Positions 38,888 to 51,000 of a DNA stretch of 64,000 nucleotides are shown here, in pieces. A program made the translations under genes and the position numbers. The notes under the pieces were generated by a model. It was not told the DNA's origin, ran no database searches, and saw only the letters and a list, made by a program, of their open reading frames with translations. Origin of the DNA: a bacterium. GTDB lineage: Bacteria > UBA8248 > JACPRG01 > G963555815. The DNA lies in the NCBI GenBank assembly GCA_965218795.1, contig OZ244653.1, positions 768,001 to 832,000 on the forward strand. The letters are read 5' to 3'. The stretch's first letter is position 1. Every line of letters starts with the position of its first letter.

Positions 38888-39511
38888 GTGGAGAATCCCG
38901 CTTTGGAATACCTTCTGAACTTTTTCACCAGTTATTCAGGCTGGCTCGTTTACGTCCTCCTGTTCGCCGTTCTTTTCCTCTCGGGATTGGGTTTGCCGGT
39001 GCCGGAGGACGCGGTGCTTCTATCCGGAGGGTTTCTCCTCTACTTCGGATACGCTGAATTTGCGCCGACGCTCGCCGTGATGTTTCTGGGCGTTCTGTCG
39101 GGGGATCTCCTCATCTTCACCATTGGGCGGAAATGGGGAAGCGAGGCGATCCAGCATAAAAGCGTTGCTCACCTCATGACGCCCAAGCGGCGGGTGCGGG
39201 TTCAGCGGTATTTCGAGCGGTACGGGACGATGACAATCCTGCTTGCGCGATTCCTGGCGGGCTTGCGCGCGGCGACTTATCTGTTGGCAGGCACCTCCGG
39301 GATGCGGTTTCGGCAGTTCTTCTGGCTGGATTCCCTTGCCGTCCTCGTGAGCGTGCCCCTGGTCACCTACCTGGGCTTTATCTTTGCGCCTCAATTGGAA
39401 CAGCTGCTGAAACTGCTTCGGCGGGCCGAGGGAATCGTGCTGCTCGTCGTGATCATAATGGGTATCGCGATCATCTGGTATCGCCGGTCAAGAAAGCGGC
39501 AGGAAGCCTGA
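38888..39511 (+). CDS. DedA family membrane protein
   Basis: GLGLPVPED, GDLLIFTIGR, ARFLAGLR. Confidence 0.9.
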   Translation: MENPALEYLLNFFTSYSGWLVYVLLFAVLFLSGLGLPVPEDAVLLSGGFLLYFGYAEFAPTLAVMFLGVLSGDLLIFTIGRKWGSEAIQHKSVAHLMTPKRRVRVQRYFERYGTMTILLARFLAGLRAATYLLAGTSGMRFRQFFWLDSLAVLVSVPLVTYLGFIFAPQLEQLLKLLRRAEGIVLLVVIIMGIAIIWYRRSRKRQEA

Positions 39512-39605
39512 ACAGAAAGCCTGAAGCTGGAAACAGGAGAATCGAATCCTCATCCGTTTCCTGAAGTTGCAACTCAATCCCTCCGAAAAACTTTTCGGGG
39601 TTGGC

Positions 39606-40391
39606 TCAGGAATCCTTTTTTAAGGATTTGCAAGGGGATTTTCTGGCGCCGGGTTCGTTTTCCGGTTTATCGGACAATCGGATGAAGCCGACCCAGCTCT
39701 GACCCGAGCCGCCGAGTGTGGACGTGTCGATCTGCACGGCGATGGAGTGAACGTCGGGCGCGTAGTCCGTTCCGAAGATCTGCTTATAGTCCTCGGCCAG
39801 ATTTCTTGATTCCGTGAACCAGATATGCACCGGTGACTCGCCGTTTTGCAGGATGACGTACCAAGTAATGGGGACGCCCGCAATGCGGAGTGCTTTTCTC
39901 GACCACCAGGGTCGTTCCGCGGGGGCGATGAGGTACGAGCAGCGCGGCGCCTTATTGTCCCACAGATACCCGATCGCCCGTAGATTCCCCTTTCCCCCTT
40001 TTTTGAACGTTACGTAGATATTAATGGGCTGATCATCGGTGTAAAAATCGCGGGCATCGGCATCGGCAAGCACAGCCTGAATTTTCCATCGCCAGGTGAG
40101 GATGGGCGATTTCTCCATAGAGACCGAGAGCTTCCGCCTTCCGAGAAAGAAGGATTTTTGCTCGGCCCGGAGTTGGAGGATTTTTTTGGAACCCTCGGTC
40201 AGAATTGTAATGTCACCGGGCTCGACCTTGCCCTGGTACTCTTTCAGTTCCCACCCTTCCGGAACGCCCTTCTCCCCTTGTGGGGCGGGCCAGTTGTCCA
40301 CGATGACCTCGACCGCTTCCTGTCCCCAGGCAGGCGTGAAAACCCCCAGGAGGGAGACCGCGACGATCAGGTTCCGCCAGAACTTTCTCAT
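39606..40391 (-). CDS. DUF3047 exported protein
   Basis: Signal peptide; PILTWRWKI, DDQP, IGYLWD, ESRNLAEDYKQIFG. Confidence 0.8.
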   Translation of the reverse strand: MRKFWRNLIVAVSLLGVFTPAWGQEAVEVIVDNWPAPQGEKGVPEGWELKEYQGKVEPGDITILTEGSKKILQLRAEQKSFFLGRRKLSVSMEKSPILTWRWKIQAVLADADARDFYTDDQPINIYVTFKKGGKGNLRAIGYLWDNKAPRCSYLIAPAERPWWSRKALRIAGVPITWYVILQNGESPVHIWFTESRNLAEDYKQIFGTDYAPDVHSIAVQIDTSTLGGSGQSWVGFIRLSDKPENEPGARKSPCKSLKKDS

Positions 40392-40441
40392 GGCGCCGTT
40401 CCCTTTTTGATTCCTCCCCATGGGCTGATGCTTCATCGCGT

Positions 40442-41116
40442 TTACCGGACTTCGACCTCGAGTATTTCTTCCAGTTCCTTGAGGGCGACGGTCAAGGCGA
40501 CCCCTTCCGCTTCGGACGAAGTTTCCAGGATGCCTCTGATTTCAATGCGGTCCGGGGATGCGTCCCGCCGGAACTCCAAACTGACCAGGGGTGTGCCCGT
40601 ATTCTGCAAGACCTCCTCCATCTTCTTCAGGATGTCGGGCGCGTCTCTCGCCGTCACGAGAATGCTTTTCCTCGTTTTTTCGCGGGAAAAGTGAGATTCG
40701 TACCGGCGCAGAATGACCAAACCGACCATCAGAAAAGCCGTCGTGACGAACGCCGCCCAGTAGATCCCGGCCCCGACGGCCATCCCGATGGCGGCCGTCG
40801 TCCAGATGTTTGCGGCCGTTGTCAAACCCCGGATACTGATGCCCAGGCGAAGGATCGCACCTGCGCCGAGAAATCCGATGCCCGTTACGATGTTCGACGC
40901 GATCCGGGTAGGATCTCCTCCCATCTCATTTGCGACCTGGACGGAGACGATCATGACAAGGGCGGACCCCAGACTCAGGATCAAGTGCGTTCGCAGACCA
41001 GCGGGCTGGTTCCTCCATTCGCGTTCTGCACCGATGATCCCGCCCAGCAGCGTGGCCAGGAGAAGCCGAAAAAAGATAACACCCGCGTCTATGGCCATTC
41101 GTTCTACTCGCTCCAC
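40442..41116 (-). CDS. MgtC/SapB family protein
   Basis: IGAERE...AGLRTH, DPTRIA..IVTGIGFLGAG, GLTTAA.IW. Confidence 0.93.
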   Translation of the reverse strand: MERVERMAIDAGVIFFRLLLATLLGGIIGAEREWRNQPAGLRTHLILSLGSALVMIVSVQVANEMGGDPTRIASNIVTGIGFLGAGAILRLGISIRGLTTAANIWTTAAIGMAVGAGIYWAAFVTTAFLMVGLVILRRYESHFSREKTRKSILVTARDAPDILKKMEEVLQNTGTPLVSLEFRRDASPDRIEIRGILETSSEAEGVALTVALKELEEILEVEVR

Positions 41117-41518
41117 AACCCGGCCAGACGGCGGCGGTTCGGGTTCAGGAGCGCCTCGTCTGCCTTAACGCCAAGCTCGATGACGCTTTCGAGTCCCTTC
41201 CTCGATTGCACTTTCCCTGAAATTGATCGCTCAGTCCCGGCACGCGCACTCACTTTCGTGCTGCGCCGCTTGGTGACCGTGGAAGGTTTGGAGCGTTTCG
41301 TGGATTTGGGAAATGCAGCCTTTCCAGGCGCTGTTGCATTGCTTCCAGGTCGTCGCCCGATCGTTGAGCCACAACTCAGTGCCTTTCAGTCCCAAGGCCG
41401 TTCAATCATTGACACGTACTTTCACGATATCATACGCCAAGTTGACAAACCCGGCGATACAAATCCAGTCTTTTCCCTTTTGGCTCCCATCCACCCGATT
41501 TCTCTTTTCCGAGGCCAT

Positions 41519-42526
41519 ATGCGGCGGGTCGGGCTGATCGTCAATCCTCAATCGGGCAAGGACATCCGGCGGAGCGTTAGAGGGGCGACCACCGCCTCTT
41601 ATCAGGATAAGGTGGACCTGATCCGGCGAATCATCACCGGCCTTGTGAATGGCGGCGTCGAAGAAGCCCTGATGATGTCCGATCCGACCGGAATGGCCCG
41701 GCGCGCCCGCAACGGCCTGGACGGCGAGTTTGCGGAGGCTGCCCGTGTTCTCGAGATGTGGTCGGACGGCACGGCGGAGGATACGGACCGGGCCGTGGAG
41801 GCAATGGTGGAGCAGGCCTGCGGCTGCATCATCACCGTGGGCGGGGACGGAACCCATCGGCGCGTGAGCCGGCGCTGCGGGGAAATCCCTCTCCTTCCCC
41901 TGCCGGGTGGAACCAACAACGTTTTCAGCGAGCCCCTGGACGGCCTCGTGGTCGGATTGGCGGCCGGCGCGTTTCTCTCGTTCGGCGATCCAGAAGGACG
42001 TTCTGCCTGAGGAGCAAACGGCTTGTGGTCGAGCGGGACGGCGAACCGATGGATGAGGCCCTGATCGACGTTGCCGTCTCCGATCACCTGGAGGTGGGGG
42101 CGCGGGCCCTTTGGGAGCCGGAAAGGCTCAATGCGCTGGTATTGTCACAGGGGCTCCCGACGAGGATTGGACTCTCCGCCATCGGCGCGCGGGATGCTTG
42201 AGCCCATCGGACCCCGCGAGAAGGCGGGGCTCCACGTCCAATTCAAGGCTCAGGGAAAAGGGGGGCGGTCCATTCGGGCGGGAATCCTGCCCGGCGTCCT
42301 GGCCGAGGTCAACGTCAAGAAATTCAGCAGGCTGAATATCGGCGAGGCGGTCTCCATCCCGGCCGGGACCGGCGCCCTGGCTATGGACGGAGAGCGCGAG
42401 ACTGTCATGCGCAAGGGCCGTCATTGGGCTGTACGCTTGCAGAAGGATGGCCCCTGGCGGCTGGATGCAGACCGCACAATGCGCGGGGCCGTGAAGCGAA
42501 ATTGGCTGAACGGGGCCGATGGATAA
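41519..42526 (+). pseudogene. AcoX-like / NAD kinase family protein with two frameshifts (~42000, ~42195)
   Basis: VGLIVNPQSGKDIRR, GGDGT, GTNNVF, then ALIDVAV...GARALW, then ALAMDGERE, in three successive ORF segments. Confidence 0.75.
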
Positions 42527-42702
42527 GTCGTGACCGGGCGAGCTGTATCTCCTGCGGATACGCCGACTCCCCCTGCGCCATGCGAAGAGCGCCGTCGAGC
42601 AGACAATTTCCGCCTCGCCTTGACAGCCTTCAGCCCCCCTCTTATATTTGAATTTAGTTCTTCCCAGGCCCTCAATGGGTCTGATTTTCTTGGGATTTCT
42701 CG

Positions 42703-44016
42703 ATGAGCAGAAAATTTTCGATCCTGACATACGGCTGCCAGATGAACGAGAACGATTCCGAATGGATCTCGGGGATCCTGGACCGGCAGGGTTATGAGCG
42801 GGCCGATGACCCCGGCGATGCCGACCTCATCCTCCTCAACACATGCAGCATTCGCGATAAGGCCGAGCAGAAGATGTTCAGCAAACTCGGCCAACTCTCG
42901 ATCCTCAAGGATAAGAAGCCCAACCTGAAAATCGGGGTCTGCGGTTGCGTGGCTCAACGGATAAGCTCGACCATCGTCAGACGCGCGCCCTCGGTGGATC
43001 TCGTATTCGGAACTCAAAATATCGGAAAGCTGCCGGAATTTCTCGACCGAATGGAGGCCCGCGGTTCAAGCGTGGTGGATGTGGAACCGGTTCCTTTCGA
43101 TTGGGACGCCGATACCCCGGTCATCCGTCAATCTACGGTCAAGGCCTACGTGACGGTGTCCGTGGGTTGCAACAAGAATTGCTCCTTCTGCATCGTCCCC
43201 ACCACCCGGGGACGCGAGATCAGCAAACCCAAGGAGGTGATCCTTCAGGAAGTCAGGAATTTGGGGGGCAAAGGATACAAGGAGGTCACGCTGTTGGGGC
43301 AGAACGTGAATTCGTACGGACGAGACCTTGGAAGGCAGTCAACCTTCCCGGATCTGCTGCGAAGCGTAGCCGGCATCGATGGAATCGATCGGGTGCGGTT
43401 CACCACCTCGCATCCCCGGGATCTGTCGCCCGAACTGATGGAGGTGATGGCGTCCGAGTCGAAGGTCTGTGAATACTTCCACTTGCCGCTTCAGTCAGGA
43501 TCAGACCGAATATTAAGAAGGATGTTTAGAGGTTATACTTCAAATGGTTATATTGAACAAGTTGTGAAATTACGTGAGATCGTGAAGGACCTTGCCGTAA
43601 CCACGGATATCATAACCGGATTCCCCGGGGAAACGGAAGAAGATCATAAAGAATCCATGAAAGCGCTTGCGAAAGTTGAATTCGATAATATTTTTCTCTT
43701 TAAGTATTCGATTCGTCCGGGGACGCCTGCGGCCGAATTCAAGGACCAAGTGGCCGAAGAAGTGAAGTCCAGACGGTTCGATGAACTCATGAGTCTTCAG
43801 AAAGGGATCACCGAGAGAAAGAACCAGGCGCTCATGGGTGCGACTCTGGAAGTTTTGGTGGAAGGCCCCAGCCCCAAGAACCTCGGGAAGCTCACAGGGC
43901 GGACGAGAACCAACAAGGTGGTTAACTTTTACGGGCCATACAGACTGGTCGGGCAAACGGTGCCTATCGCCATCGAGCGCTGCGGACTATATAGTCTGGA
44001 AGGGAAGGCGGCTTAA
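42703..44016 (+). CDS. miaB: tRNA-2-methylthio-N6-dimethylallyladenosine synthase
   Basis: TYGCQMN, NTCSIR, CNKNCSFC radical SAM motif, RFTTSHP, TRAM domain. Confidence 0.96.
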   Translation: MSRKFSILTYGCQMNENDSEWISGILDRQGYERADDPGDADLILLNTCSIRDKAEQKMFSKLGQLSILKDKKPNLKIGVCGCVAQRISSTIVRRAPSVDLVFGTQNIGKLPEFLDRMEARGSSVVDVEPVPFDWDADTPVIRQSTVKAYVTVSVGCNKNCSFCIVPTTRGREISKPKEVILQEVRNLGGKGYKEVTLLGQNVNSYGRDLGRQSTFPDLLRSVAGIDGIDRVRFTTSHPRDLSPELMEVMASESKVCEYFHLPLQSGSDRILRRMFRGYTSNGYIEQVVKLREIVKDLAVTTDIITGFPGETEEDHKESMKALAKVEFDNIFLFKYSIRPGTPAAEFKDQVAEEVKSRRFDELMSLQKGITERKNQALMGATLEVLVEGPSPKNLGKLTGRTRTNKVVNFYGPYRLVGQTVPIAIERCGLYSLEGKAA

Positions 44017-44031
44017 GGGCGGGGAGAGTCC

Positions 44032-44553
44032 ATGAGTATGCTAGAGATGAAGGTGAAGGGCCTGACGCTGGATCCCCTCACCAATATGCCGATTGTCATA
44101 CTGAAAGACACCGAAGAGAAGAAGGTCCTGCCCATATGGGTCGGAATCTTCGAGGCCAATGCCATCGCTCTGGAGATGGAGCAGGTCAGCACCCCCCGCC
44201 CGATGACTCACGATCTGATCAAGAATATCATTGAAGGTTTCCAGGCCCAGGTCACCCGTATCGTCGTGAATGACTTGAAGGACAACACCTTCTACGCTGT
44301 GATCACCATCAGCCTGAACGGCACGGAAGTGGCGATCGATTCCCGCCCCTCGGATGCCATTGCGGTGGCGTTGCGTGTCAATGCCCCGATCTTTGTCGCG
44401 GAAAAGGTGATCGAGGAAGCCAAGAGCATCGAGTTCACCGAGCAGCAAGCCGCGGCGGCGGAGAAGGAAGGGGAAACCATGCCCGAGGGGGACGATTGGA
44501 AACAGTGGCTGGAAAACCTGAAACCCGAGGATTTCGGCAAATACGAAATGTAA
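44032..44553 (+). CDS. bifunctional nuclease family protein (DUF151)
   Basis: [25 protein letters not shown]. Confidence 0.93.
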   Translation: MSMLEMKVKGLTLDPLTNMPIVILKDTEEKKVLPIWVGIFEANAIALEMEQVSTPRPMTHDLIKNIIEGFQAQVTRIVVNDLKDNTFYAVITISLNGTEVAIDSRPSDAIAVALRVNAPIFVAEKVIEEAKSIEFTEQQAAAAEKEGETMPEGDDWKQWLENLKPEDFGKYEM

Positions 44554-44914
44554 GACCCATGAGCCGGGCCTCTCTCCCCAGGTCAGACGCACTTTACCTC
44601 CTGCTTTATACCTTTTTTGCTACCTATCCACCCGATCAGACCCGGTGCCCTCATTTCCGATCTGCGTGGTGTATTCGATAACGGATGAATGGGTGCAGAG
44701 CCTGATTCCCGAGCGCATCTCGCCGGGCGGGGATCCGATCGCGGACGGGACCGGAGCGGCTGCGGGCATCGCTCTTGCGCAGGGGGTATGGCGGAGGCGC
44801 TCTGCCCAATGGGCCGATGAGCGAGCTTTTTCCCCCAAGGGGGATGTGACATACTGAATCTCATCGGGAGCTTCTCCCGCTGAACAGGTTGACTTGATCA
44901 GAAAGGACTGTCGG

Positions 44915-45925
44915 ATGGAGCACGTCACCCGGGTTGTTGGAGAGCTTTCGCTGGTTCACCGGCCGAGGCGACTTCGAGAGACATCCGCGCTCCGGCATAT
45001 GCTTCAGGAAACGCAGCTCAATCCGTCGGATTTCATCTTCCCGATGTTTGTCGTTCCCGGGAGCGGGGTGAAGAGGGAAATTCCACCAATGCCGGGAAAC
45101 TATCATGTTTCTCTGGATTTGCTCGCGGATGAGGCGGCGGAAGTCCTGGATGCGGGCGTTCCCGCCGTCATGCTTTTCGGTATTCCCGAATCAAAGGACG
45201 AAGAAGCCACCGGCGCCTGGGCGGACGACGGGATCGTTCAGCAGGCCACCCGGAGATTGAAAGAATCCCACTCCGATCTGGTCGTCATCACGGATACCTG
45301 TCTCTGTGAATACATGAGTCACGGCCACTGCGGTGTCGTGAATGAGGACGGGCACATCGAAAACGATCTCTCGGTTGAGGTCCTGGCCCGGACCGCAGTG
45401 TCCCAGGCGCAGGCAGGAGCGGACATGGTCGCGCCTTCCGACATGATGGACGGCCGGATCGGGGCCATTCGGAGGGCGCTGGACGGGGCGGGGATGTCCC
45501 GCATCCCTATCATGAGCTATGCTGCGAAATATGCGACGTGTTTTTATGGGCCTTTCCGCGTCGCGGCGGAATCCGCGCCGGCCTTCGGAGACCGGAGGTC
45601 GTACCAGATGGATCCAGCCAACGTCAGGGAAGCCCTGCGGGAGGTCGAGCTGGACGTCACCGAAGGCGCCGACATTCTGATGGTCAAACCCGCCTTGCCG
45701 TACCTGGACGTGATCTACCGCGTCCGCGAGGCCTTCGATGTACCTGTCGCCGCCTACAACGTGAGCGGCGAGTTCGCCATGATCAAGGCGGCGGCGCAGA
45801 ATGGCTGGATAGACGGCGAAGCGGCGATGATGGAGGTTCTGACCTCCATCAAGCGAGCGGGAGCCGGCGTGATCCTGACTTATTTCGCGAAGGATGCCGC
45901 CCGCCTCTTGAACAAGGGACAATGA
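44915..45925 (+). CDS. hemB: porphobilinogen synthase
   Basis: [40 protein letters not shown]. Confidence 0.97.
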   Translation: MEHVTRVVGELSLVHRPRRLRETSALRHMLQETQLNPSDFIFPMFVVPGSGVKREIPPMPGNYHVSLDLLADEAAEVLDAGVPAVMLFGIPESKDEEATGAWADDGIVQQATRRLKESHSDLVVITDTCLCEYMSHGHCGVVNEDGHIENDLSVEVLARTAVSQAQAGADMVAPSDMMDGRIGAIRRALDGAGMSRIPIMSYAAKYATCFYGPFRVAAESAPAFGDRRSYQMDPANVREALREVELDVTEGADILMVKPALPYLDVIYRVREAFDVPVAAYNVSGEFAMIKAAAQNGWIDGEAAMMEVLTSIKRAGAGVILTYFAKDAARLLNKGQ

Positions 45926-46341
45926 AGTCGGGGTCTGGATGCATCTGGAGCGGAGTGCTGAGAAGACGTGGAAGCTGTCAAGCCTGTCGTGGTGGAACGG
46001 GAATTTGAGGGGCATTCGATCTGCCTGGAGGCTCAGTGGCGGGGCACGGACTTGGCGGTACGAGGCCGAGGCCGAAGGATCCGAAGCGGATGTCCGCAAC
46101 GTCGAGCGTATTGAGCCGGCCGGCGCATCAGGATGAATGGCCTGCCCGGCGGATCGCCGAATCGTTCGCCTCCCGCCTGGAATCGAATGTTGCCGTTCTT
46201 TCCGGGATTCATTTTGACGACTTGAATGATTCTCAGATTCAGGAAGTCAACCGGCTCTGTCAGGTCCTGGCCGATGAGGTCCTTCCGGTTCTGGAAAACC
46301 CGGCAAGTGACAGACCCAGGCCGAAGGACATCCTGGAGTAG
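45922..46341 (+). pseudogene. LpdD/PAC4-like small protein, frameshifted
   Basis: C-terminal half SSVLSRPAHQDE..AR....VAVLSGIHFDD; N-terminal half in another frame. Confidence 0.45.
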
Positions 46342-46352
46342 CCGAATGGAAG

Positions 46353-47582
46353 GTGGATGACATTTCGGGGTTGGAGGTCCAGACGTTGAAGCGCAAAGAA
46401 ATCGTATTTCTCAGCGGAGCCCGAACACCCATCGGCACCTACGGAAGGACCTTAAAGGATTTCACGGCGACGGAACTCGCGACCGTTGCGGCCAAGGGGG
46501 CGTTGGCGCGGTCGGGAGTCTCTCCGGAAGACATCGACCATGTCGTCTTCGGAAACGTCATGCAGACCAGCCGGGACGCTCCCTATCTGGCCCGTCATGT
46601 GGGTCTCAACGCCGGGGTTCCGGTGGAAACGCCCGCACTGACGGTCAACCGGCTTTGCGCGTCGGGTTTTCAGGCCGTCATCGAGGGCGCTTATCAACTC
46701 CTTCTGGGCGAAGCCGAGTTTGTCCTGGTGGGCGGGGCCGAGTCCATGAGCCAAGCGCCCCACGCCATGTACGGGGCCCGCTGGGGCTTCAACCTGGGTG
46801 AGGGAAACCTGGTGGATACGTTGAACGTGGGGCTGACGGATTTACGCTGCGGTTGCTCGATGGGGCAGACCGCCGAGAACCTGGCCAAGCGTTACCAAAT
46901 CACCCGCGAGGAGACCGACCTGTTCGCTTATGAGAGCCAGCAGCGGACCCGGAAAGCCATGGAGTCCGGGCGGCTGGCGAAGGAGATCGTCCCGGTCATC
47001 GTGAAGGGACGAAAGGGCGAGGAAGTCGCTTTCAATGAGGATGAGCACCCCCGGCCGGACGTCACGGTTGAGAAGTTGTCGAGCCTCCGGCCGGTGTTCG
47101 ATGAGAACGGAATTGTCACGGCCGGAAATTCAAGCGGAATCAACGACGCCGCGGTCGCCATGGTGATGACCACGGCCGATGCCGCCCAAAAGCGGGTACT
47201 CACGCCGCTGGGACGGCTTGTCTCCTGGGGTGTTTCGGGCGTGGAACCGGAGGTCATGGGGATCGGGCCGGTCCCGGCCTCGAAGACCGCATTGGACCGC
47301 GCGGGGATGAAGTTCGGGGATATGGAGATCATCGAAGTCAACGAGGCCTTCGCTGCCCAGTACCTGGCGGTGGAGAAAGACCTCGGTCTCGACCGGTCGA
47401 TCGTCAACGTCAACGGCGGCGCCGTCGCGCTGGGCCATCCGATTGGGGCGACCGGCGCACGATTGACCTACAGCCTGCTGCTGGAGTTGAGCCTGACGGG
47501 CAAGAAGTTCGGATTGGCGACAGCCTGTGTCGGCGGCGGCCAAGGGATGGCCCTCATCCTGGCCGCGGCGAATGGGCAGTAA
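46353..47582 (+). CDS. acetyl-CoA C-acyltransferase (thiolase)
   Basis: TVNRLCASG, NEAFA, GHPIGATG, CVGGGQG. Confidence 0.95.
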   Translation: MDDISGLEVQTLKRKEIVFLSGARTPIGTYGRTLKDFTATELATVAAKGALARSGVSPEDIDHVVFGNVMQTSRDAPYLARHVGLNAGVPVETPALTVNRLCASGFQAVIEGAYQLLLGEAEFVLVGGAESMSQAPHAMYGARWGFNLGEGNLVDTLNVGLTDLRCGCSMGQTAENLAKRYQITREETDLFAYESQQRTRKAMESGRLAKEIVPVIVKGRKGEEVAFNEDEHPRPDVTVEKLSSLRPVFDENGIVTAGNSSGINDAAVAMVMTTADAAQKRVLTPLGRLVSWGVSGVEPEVMGIGPVPASKTALDRAGMKFGDMEIIEVNEAFAAQYLAVEKDLGLDRSIVNVNGGAVALGHPIGATGARLTYSLLLELSLTGKKFGLATACVGGGQGMALILAAANGQ

Positions 47583-47629
47583 GCTTCAAGCTCTCGGCCA
47601 ATCGATACGCTCCCGGCTGAGCCGGACAC

Positions 47630-48010
47630 ATGGATAAAGGTCCGTTTCTCTCTCTTGTTGAAGAGGTCGTCGAGGAAGTTCTTTATCTGCTGGAATCCGA
47701 GTTGGGCGTCCGTCTCGAAAACGTCGGGATCGCTGTCGAGGATGTCCCCTCGGACGAGGTTCTGGAGGCGGTGGGCGTCGGACCGGGAGGAACGCTCTAC
47801 GGCCTGTACCAGGGAATTCCGAGAACGGAGCGGTCCGTTTTTCAGGTGTCGGCGTTTCCTGACCGTATAACGATTTACCGGGTGCCCATTGAATCAGATG
47901 CGAGGGATGCCGCCGATCTCCGGGAGAAGATCCGCCGCACAGTCCTTCACGAGATTGCTCACCATTTCGGAATCAGTGACGACCGGTTGATGGATTTGGA
48001 CGCCTACTGA
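47630..48010 (+). CDS. zinicin-like metallopeptidase
   Basis: GLYQGIP, PDRITIYR, HEIAHHFG. Confidence 0.9.
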   Translation: MDKGPFLSLVEEVVEEVLYLLESELGVRLENVGIAVEDVPSDEVLEAVGVGPGGTLYGLYQGIPRTERSVFQVSAFPDRITIYRVPIESDARDAADLREKIRRTVLHEIAHHFGISDDRLMDLDAY

Positions 48011-48043
48011 CCGTTGGCCAGCCACCACAAGCCGCGCGGCTGA

Positions 48044-51000
48044 TCAGGTTCCCGCCGTTTCAGACGATTCAGTCATGCCCGTCGGTTGAGGCGAGAGGCC
48101 GATCATCCTCCGGCCGGCCCGCACGATGTCGTCGACAATCGCGTACAGGCAGGGGATCAGGATCAGCGTCAGGATGGTGGCGAAGCTCAACCCCCAGACG
48201 ATGGCGATCGCCATGGGCGACAGGAACTTGGCCTGGCCTGTGGCGAAGAAGGCCAGGGGGGTCAAACCGCCCACGGTCGTTGCCGTGGTGAGCAGGATCG
48301 GACGCAGGCGCGCGATTCCCGATTCCAGTATCGCCCGGTCTCTCGGGATCCCTCCCTGCCGCGACCGGTTGATGAAATCCACCATGATGAGCGAATCGTT
48401 GACGACCACGCCGATCAGGGCGACCAGCCCGATCACCGAAAGGAAGGCCATTGGCTCACCCATGACAAGGTGTCCGATCACCACACCATCCAGGGCAAAG
48501 GGAATGGCCGCCATGACCACCAGCGGCTGAATGAACGACCGGAACAGGGACCCCAGAACAAAATAAATCAGGAGGATCGCGATGACCGAGATCCGAGGGA
48601 TCGCGGAAAGGGAAGCTTCCGCCTCTTGCCGTTCCCCTTTGACCAGAACGCGGTACCCGGAGAGCCTCCGGCCGACGTCGCCAAAACGGCTCCGAAGGCT
48701 GTTGGACACCTGAACGGCGTTGGCCTCGGCGCTGTTCACATCCGCGTAAACGGTGATGGTCCGCTTTTGGTTGTGGCGGCGCACCTTGCTGGTGCCGATT
48801 GCGGTCGTCAGACGCGCTACGTCCCGGAGAAACACCTGCTCGCCCGACGCCAGCGTGATCTTGAGGTTGTTCAAGGCGTCGGCCTGCTGGCGCGTCTCCT
48901 CGGGGAAACGGACCACGATGGGGACATCTTCATCCCTCCGCTGAATCTTGGAGGCCTCCACACCCTGAAAGCCGTTTCGAACCTGACGCGCGACCTGTCG
49001 CAGATCCAGCCCCAAGGCCCGCGCCTCCGGGCGAAGGGTGATCTGCAACTCCTCTTTTCCCTCGGTGAAATCGTCGCGTACATCCCGGACCCCGCGAGTG
49101 GCGTTCAGGAACTCGATCACCTCATCCGCCAGACCCCGCAGGGTGGATAGCTGTTCCCCCGCAATCCGAACTTCAATATCGGGTCCACCGGGTCCGGATT
49201 GCGTCTTCAGGAACTGGAGTTTCAGGATGCCGGGGATCTTGCCGATGCCTTCCCGAAGCTGCGCGATCACCTCGTCAACGCCCCGCTTGCGGTCTTCCGA
49301 CAGCTCGACAAGCAGCTGGGCCAGGTTGGGACCGCGCTCGATCCGGATGACATCGAGAACGGTGAAGCCGGCGTTGGTAGCGACTGATGCCAATTCGGAC
49401 GGAGGAAGCTTGAACACCACCTCCTCCGCCTGTTTGGCGATCTCCAGTGTGTCCTCGATCCGGTTGGACGGGGAGGTCTCAAGGTTGATGAAAAACAGGG
49501 ACGATTCAAATTCACGGAACACAACGAACGGCATCCGGTAGTAAGCGACGGCCGCCAGCAGGACGCTCACACCCAGGAACGCCGCCCCGGCCACGTATCT
49601 CCACCGCAGGGCCAGATCGAGCAATGCGCCGTACCCCTTCCGCAGCCAGGAGATGAAACGGTTCTCTTTGGACCGGACCCTCGTGGCGTAGGAGGAGGTG
49701 ACGACGTCCCCCAGGTGCGACGGCAGAACAATGAGGGCCTCGAAGAGGGAAGCGATCAACGCAAAAGACACCACCAGAGGAATGGGTGAAAGGAAGGTTC
49801 CCATCTCTCCCGGGACGAGCAGCAAGGGGAGGAAGGCCACGATGGTGGTCACGACCGTTGCGACGACAGGCCAGCCGACCTCGGTGGTTCCCCGGATGGC
49901 CGCCTCCTTGGGACTCATGCCCGCTTCGACGTGCCGGTAGACGTTTTCCGAAACGACGATTGCGTCATCCACCAGCAGACCCAGGACCAGGATCAGACCG
50001 AACATCGAGAGCATGTTCAGGCTGATCCCCCAGATCTGCATGAGGACGATCCCGCCCAGCATGGCGACCGAGATGCCGATCCCCGTCAGGAGGGCCACCC
50101 GGAATCGGAGGAAAATGCACAGCAGGATGAAGACGATGATCAGACCGATAATCCCGCTGGTCCGGAGCGTATTGAGACGGTTTCGGACGAATATGGAGAA
50201 GTCATTGTAGACGCCAATCCGGACGGTTTCCGGAAACCGGGCTCGAATGTCCTTGACCATCTCCCGCACGGCAGCGGCGATATGAATCGCATCCCCCCCA
50301 CGCTCCTTCACGATGACCAGGTTGAGAGAAGGCTCTCCCCCCCAGCGGCTCAGGGTGACGGGTTCTTCGAATGTCTCCCGGACTTCGGCCAGATCTCCAA
50401 CCGTGAGGGGCGTACCCATCTGCAGGCTGCGTACGATGATCCGCCGGACATCGCCGGCGCCCGCCGCCTCGCCGAGACTTCGGATCAGAATCTCTCCCCG
50501 GCCGGTCTTCAGTGAGCCGCCGGGAACGTTCCGGTTCTGAGCGGCAATGGCCTCACGGATGTCGTCCAGGGTGAGCTCGTACTGCTCGAGGCGGGAAGGG
50601 TCCACCTCAACCCAGATCTGCCGCTCTCGATCGCCGAGGAGCCGGACGGCGGCGACCCCGGGGATCCGCCGAAAATCCTCCTTAAGGTCACGGGCCATCC
50701 GCCGAAGCGTCGCCTCGTCGATCTCTCCGGCCAGCGAAACCGTGATGACCGGCCAGGCGTATTTGACTTCCTGGATCAGAGGCTGTTCAGCTTCATCGGG
50801 CAGATTGGTCACATTGTCCAACGCACCGCGGACGTCCGAAAGCGCACGGCTCATATCGGTATCGGGCTGGAAGCGGAGCATCATCTCGGAGATTCCCTCA
50901 TGGGAGACCGAGATAAGCTCATCCAGTCCGCCCAGTTCGGCCACCTCCTCCTCGATCTTGGCCGTGATGAGCTTTTCGACCTCTTCCGGGGACGCCCCGG

